DNA of 64,000 nucleotides from Escherichia coli (GTDB lineage Bacteria; Pseudomonadota; Gammaproteobacteria; Enterobacterales; Enterobacteriaceae): NCBI RefSeq assembly GCF_017348835.2, contig NZ_CP071375.1; one strand, 5' to 3'. Shown piece by piece: positions 63,369 to 64,000 of this stretch (position 1 is its first letter; each line of letters starts with the position of its first letter). The notes under the pieces were generated by a model. It saw only the letters and a program-made list of their open reading frames with translations, ran no database searches and was not told where the DNA came from. The position numbers and the translations under genes were made by a program.

Positions 63369-64000
63369 TCAGGCGACAGTGCGTTCTCTGTGCTGACTAA
63401 CATAATGCAGCGGCGTCATACCGTAGAAGTCTTTAAAGACAGAAATAAAGTACGACGTACTGTTGTAGCCGCAGGACTGTGATACCTGAGAGATATTTTT
63501 ACCATCCATCATTAATTCATTTACGGCATAACGCATGCGGCAGGTGGTGATTATTTGGCTATAACTGGTGTTTTCGCTTTTCAGCTTTTTCTTTAACAGA
63601 CTTGGGCTAAGACATAAACAACTGGCTACCATACTAAGATTCCAGTCTTTGTGAATATCGCTTTCAATAATTTGATAAACGCTGTCACTTACACAATTAC
63701 GTAACATATACATCATTAATGAAAGGAATTTTTTACTGTCGAGAAAACGGGATAGCACCGTGAATAATAATGCGCGTGTTCGTTCCTTTTCTGACTCAGT
63801 TTCTGCGGGCATCATGCTGTGTTGCGCGGCAACGCGAAAGACGTCTGGTGTCAGGCATGGCAGGGTGAGAATGGGCGTAGCGCTACGTTGCCATACTGGT
63901 ATTTGCGAGAGATCTTTATTCAGAAACCGGAGGTAATCTTTGATGATGTCGTGACTAATATGAGCAACCAAAGTGTTGTTAAGAGAGGAGACGTCGATAA
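63369..64000 (-). CDS. adiY: AraC-family regulator AdiY, 5' end beyond the window
   Basis: C-terminal AraC HTH region (SQVSQSCGYNSTSYFISVFKDFYGMTPLHY); ORF runs off the window edge. Confidence 0.85.
   Translation of the reverse strand, partial: IDVSSLNNTLVAHISHDIIKDYLRFLNKDLSQIPVWQRSATPILTLPCLTPDVFRVAAQHSMMPAETESEKERTRALLFTVLSRFLDSKKFLSLMMYMLRNCVSDSVYQIIESDIHKDWNLSMVASCLCLSPSLLKKKLKSENTSYSQIITTCRMRYAVNELMMDGKNISQVSQSCGYNSTSYFISVFKDFYGMTPLHYVSQHRERTVA

Overview
This window reads as Escherichia coli core chromosome, syntenic with the K-12 MG1655 region from tyrB to adiY (about 92-93 min). Gene order, from memory of the K-12 map: tyrB, a small AT-rich islet, aphA, yjbQ, yjbR, uvrA, ssb, yjcB, pdeC(yjcC), soxS, soxR, ghxP(yjcD), yjcE, yjcF, actP-yjcH-acs, nrfABCDEFG, gltP, yjcO, fdhF, mdtPON-ytcA, yjcS, an rpiB remnant, yjdP, phnPONMLKJIHGFEDC, yjdN, a large BIME array, yjdM, crfC-yjcZ, proP, pmrR, basSR-eptA, adiC and partial adiY. 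I found no CRISPR array, IS element, integrase, prophage or recognisable defence or secretion system, and I do not see a convincing undescribed multi-gene system here. The strain is not K-12-like at three points: the als-rpiR allose locus is absent and only a decayed rpiB remnant remains, phnE is intact, and aphA carries an in-frame TAA stop. The other points worth a second look are a 161-aa hypothetical gene with a strong ribosome-binding site in the AT-rich islet between tyrB and aphA, and a tandem array of about 8.8 copies of a 100-bp BIME unit. All gene identities rest on reading the ORF translations against remembered protein families; no database search was run.
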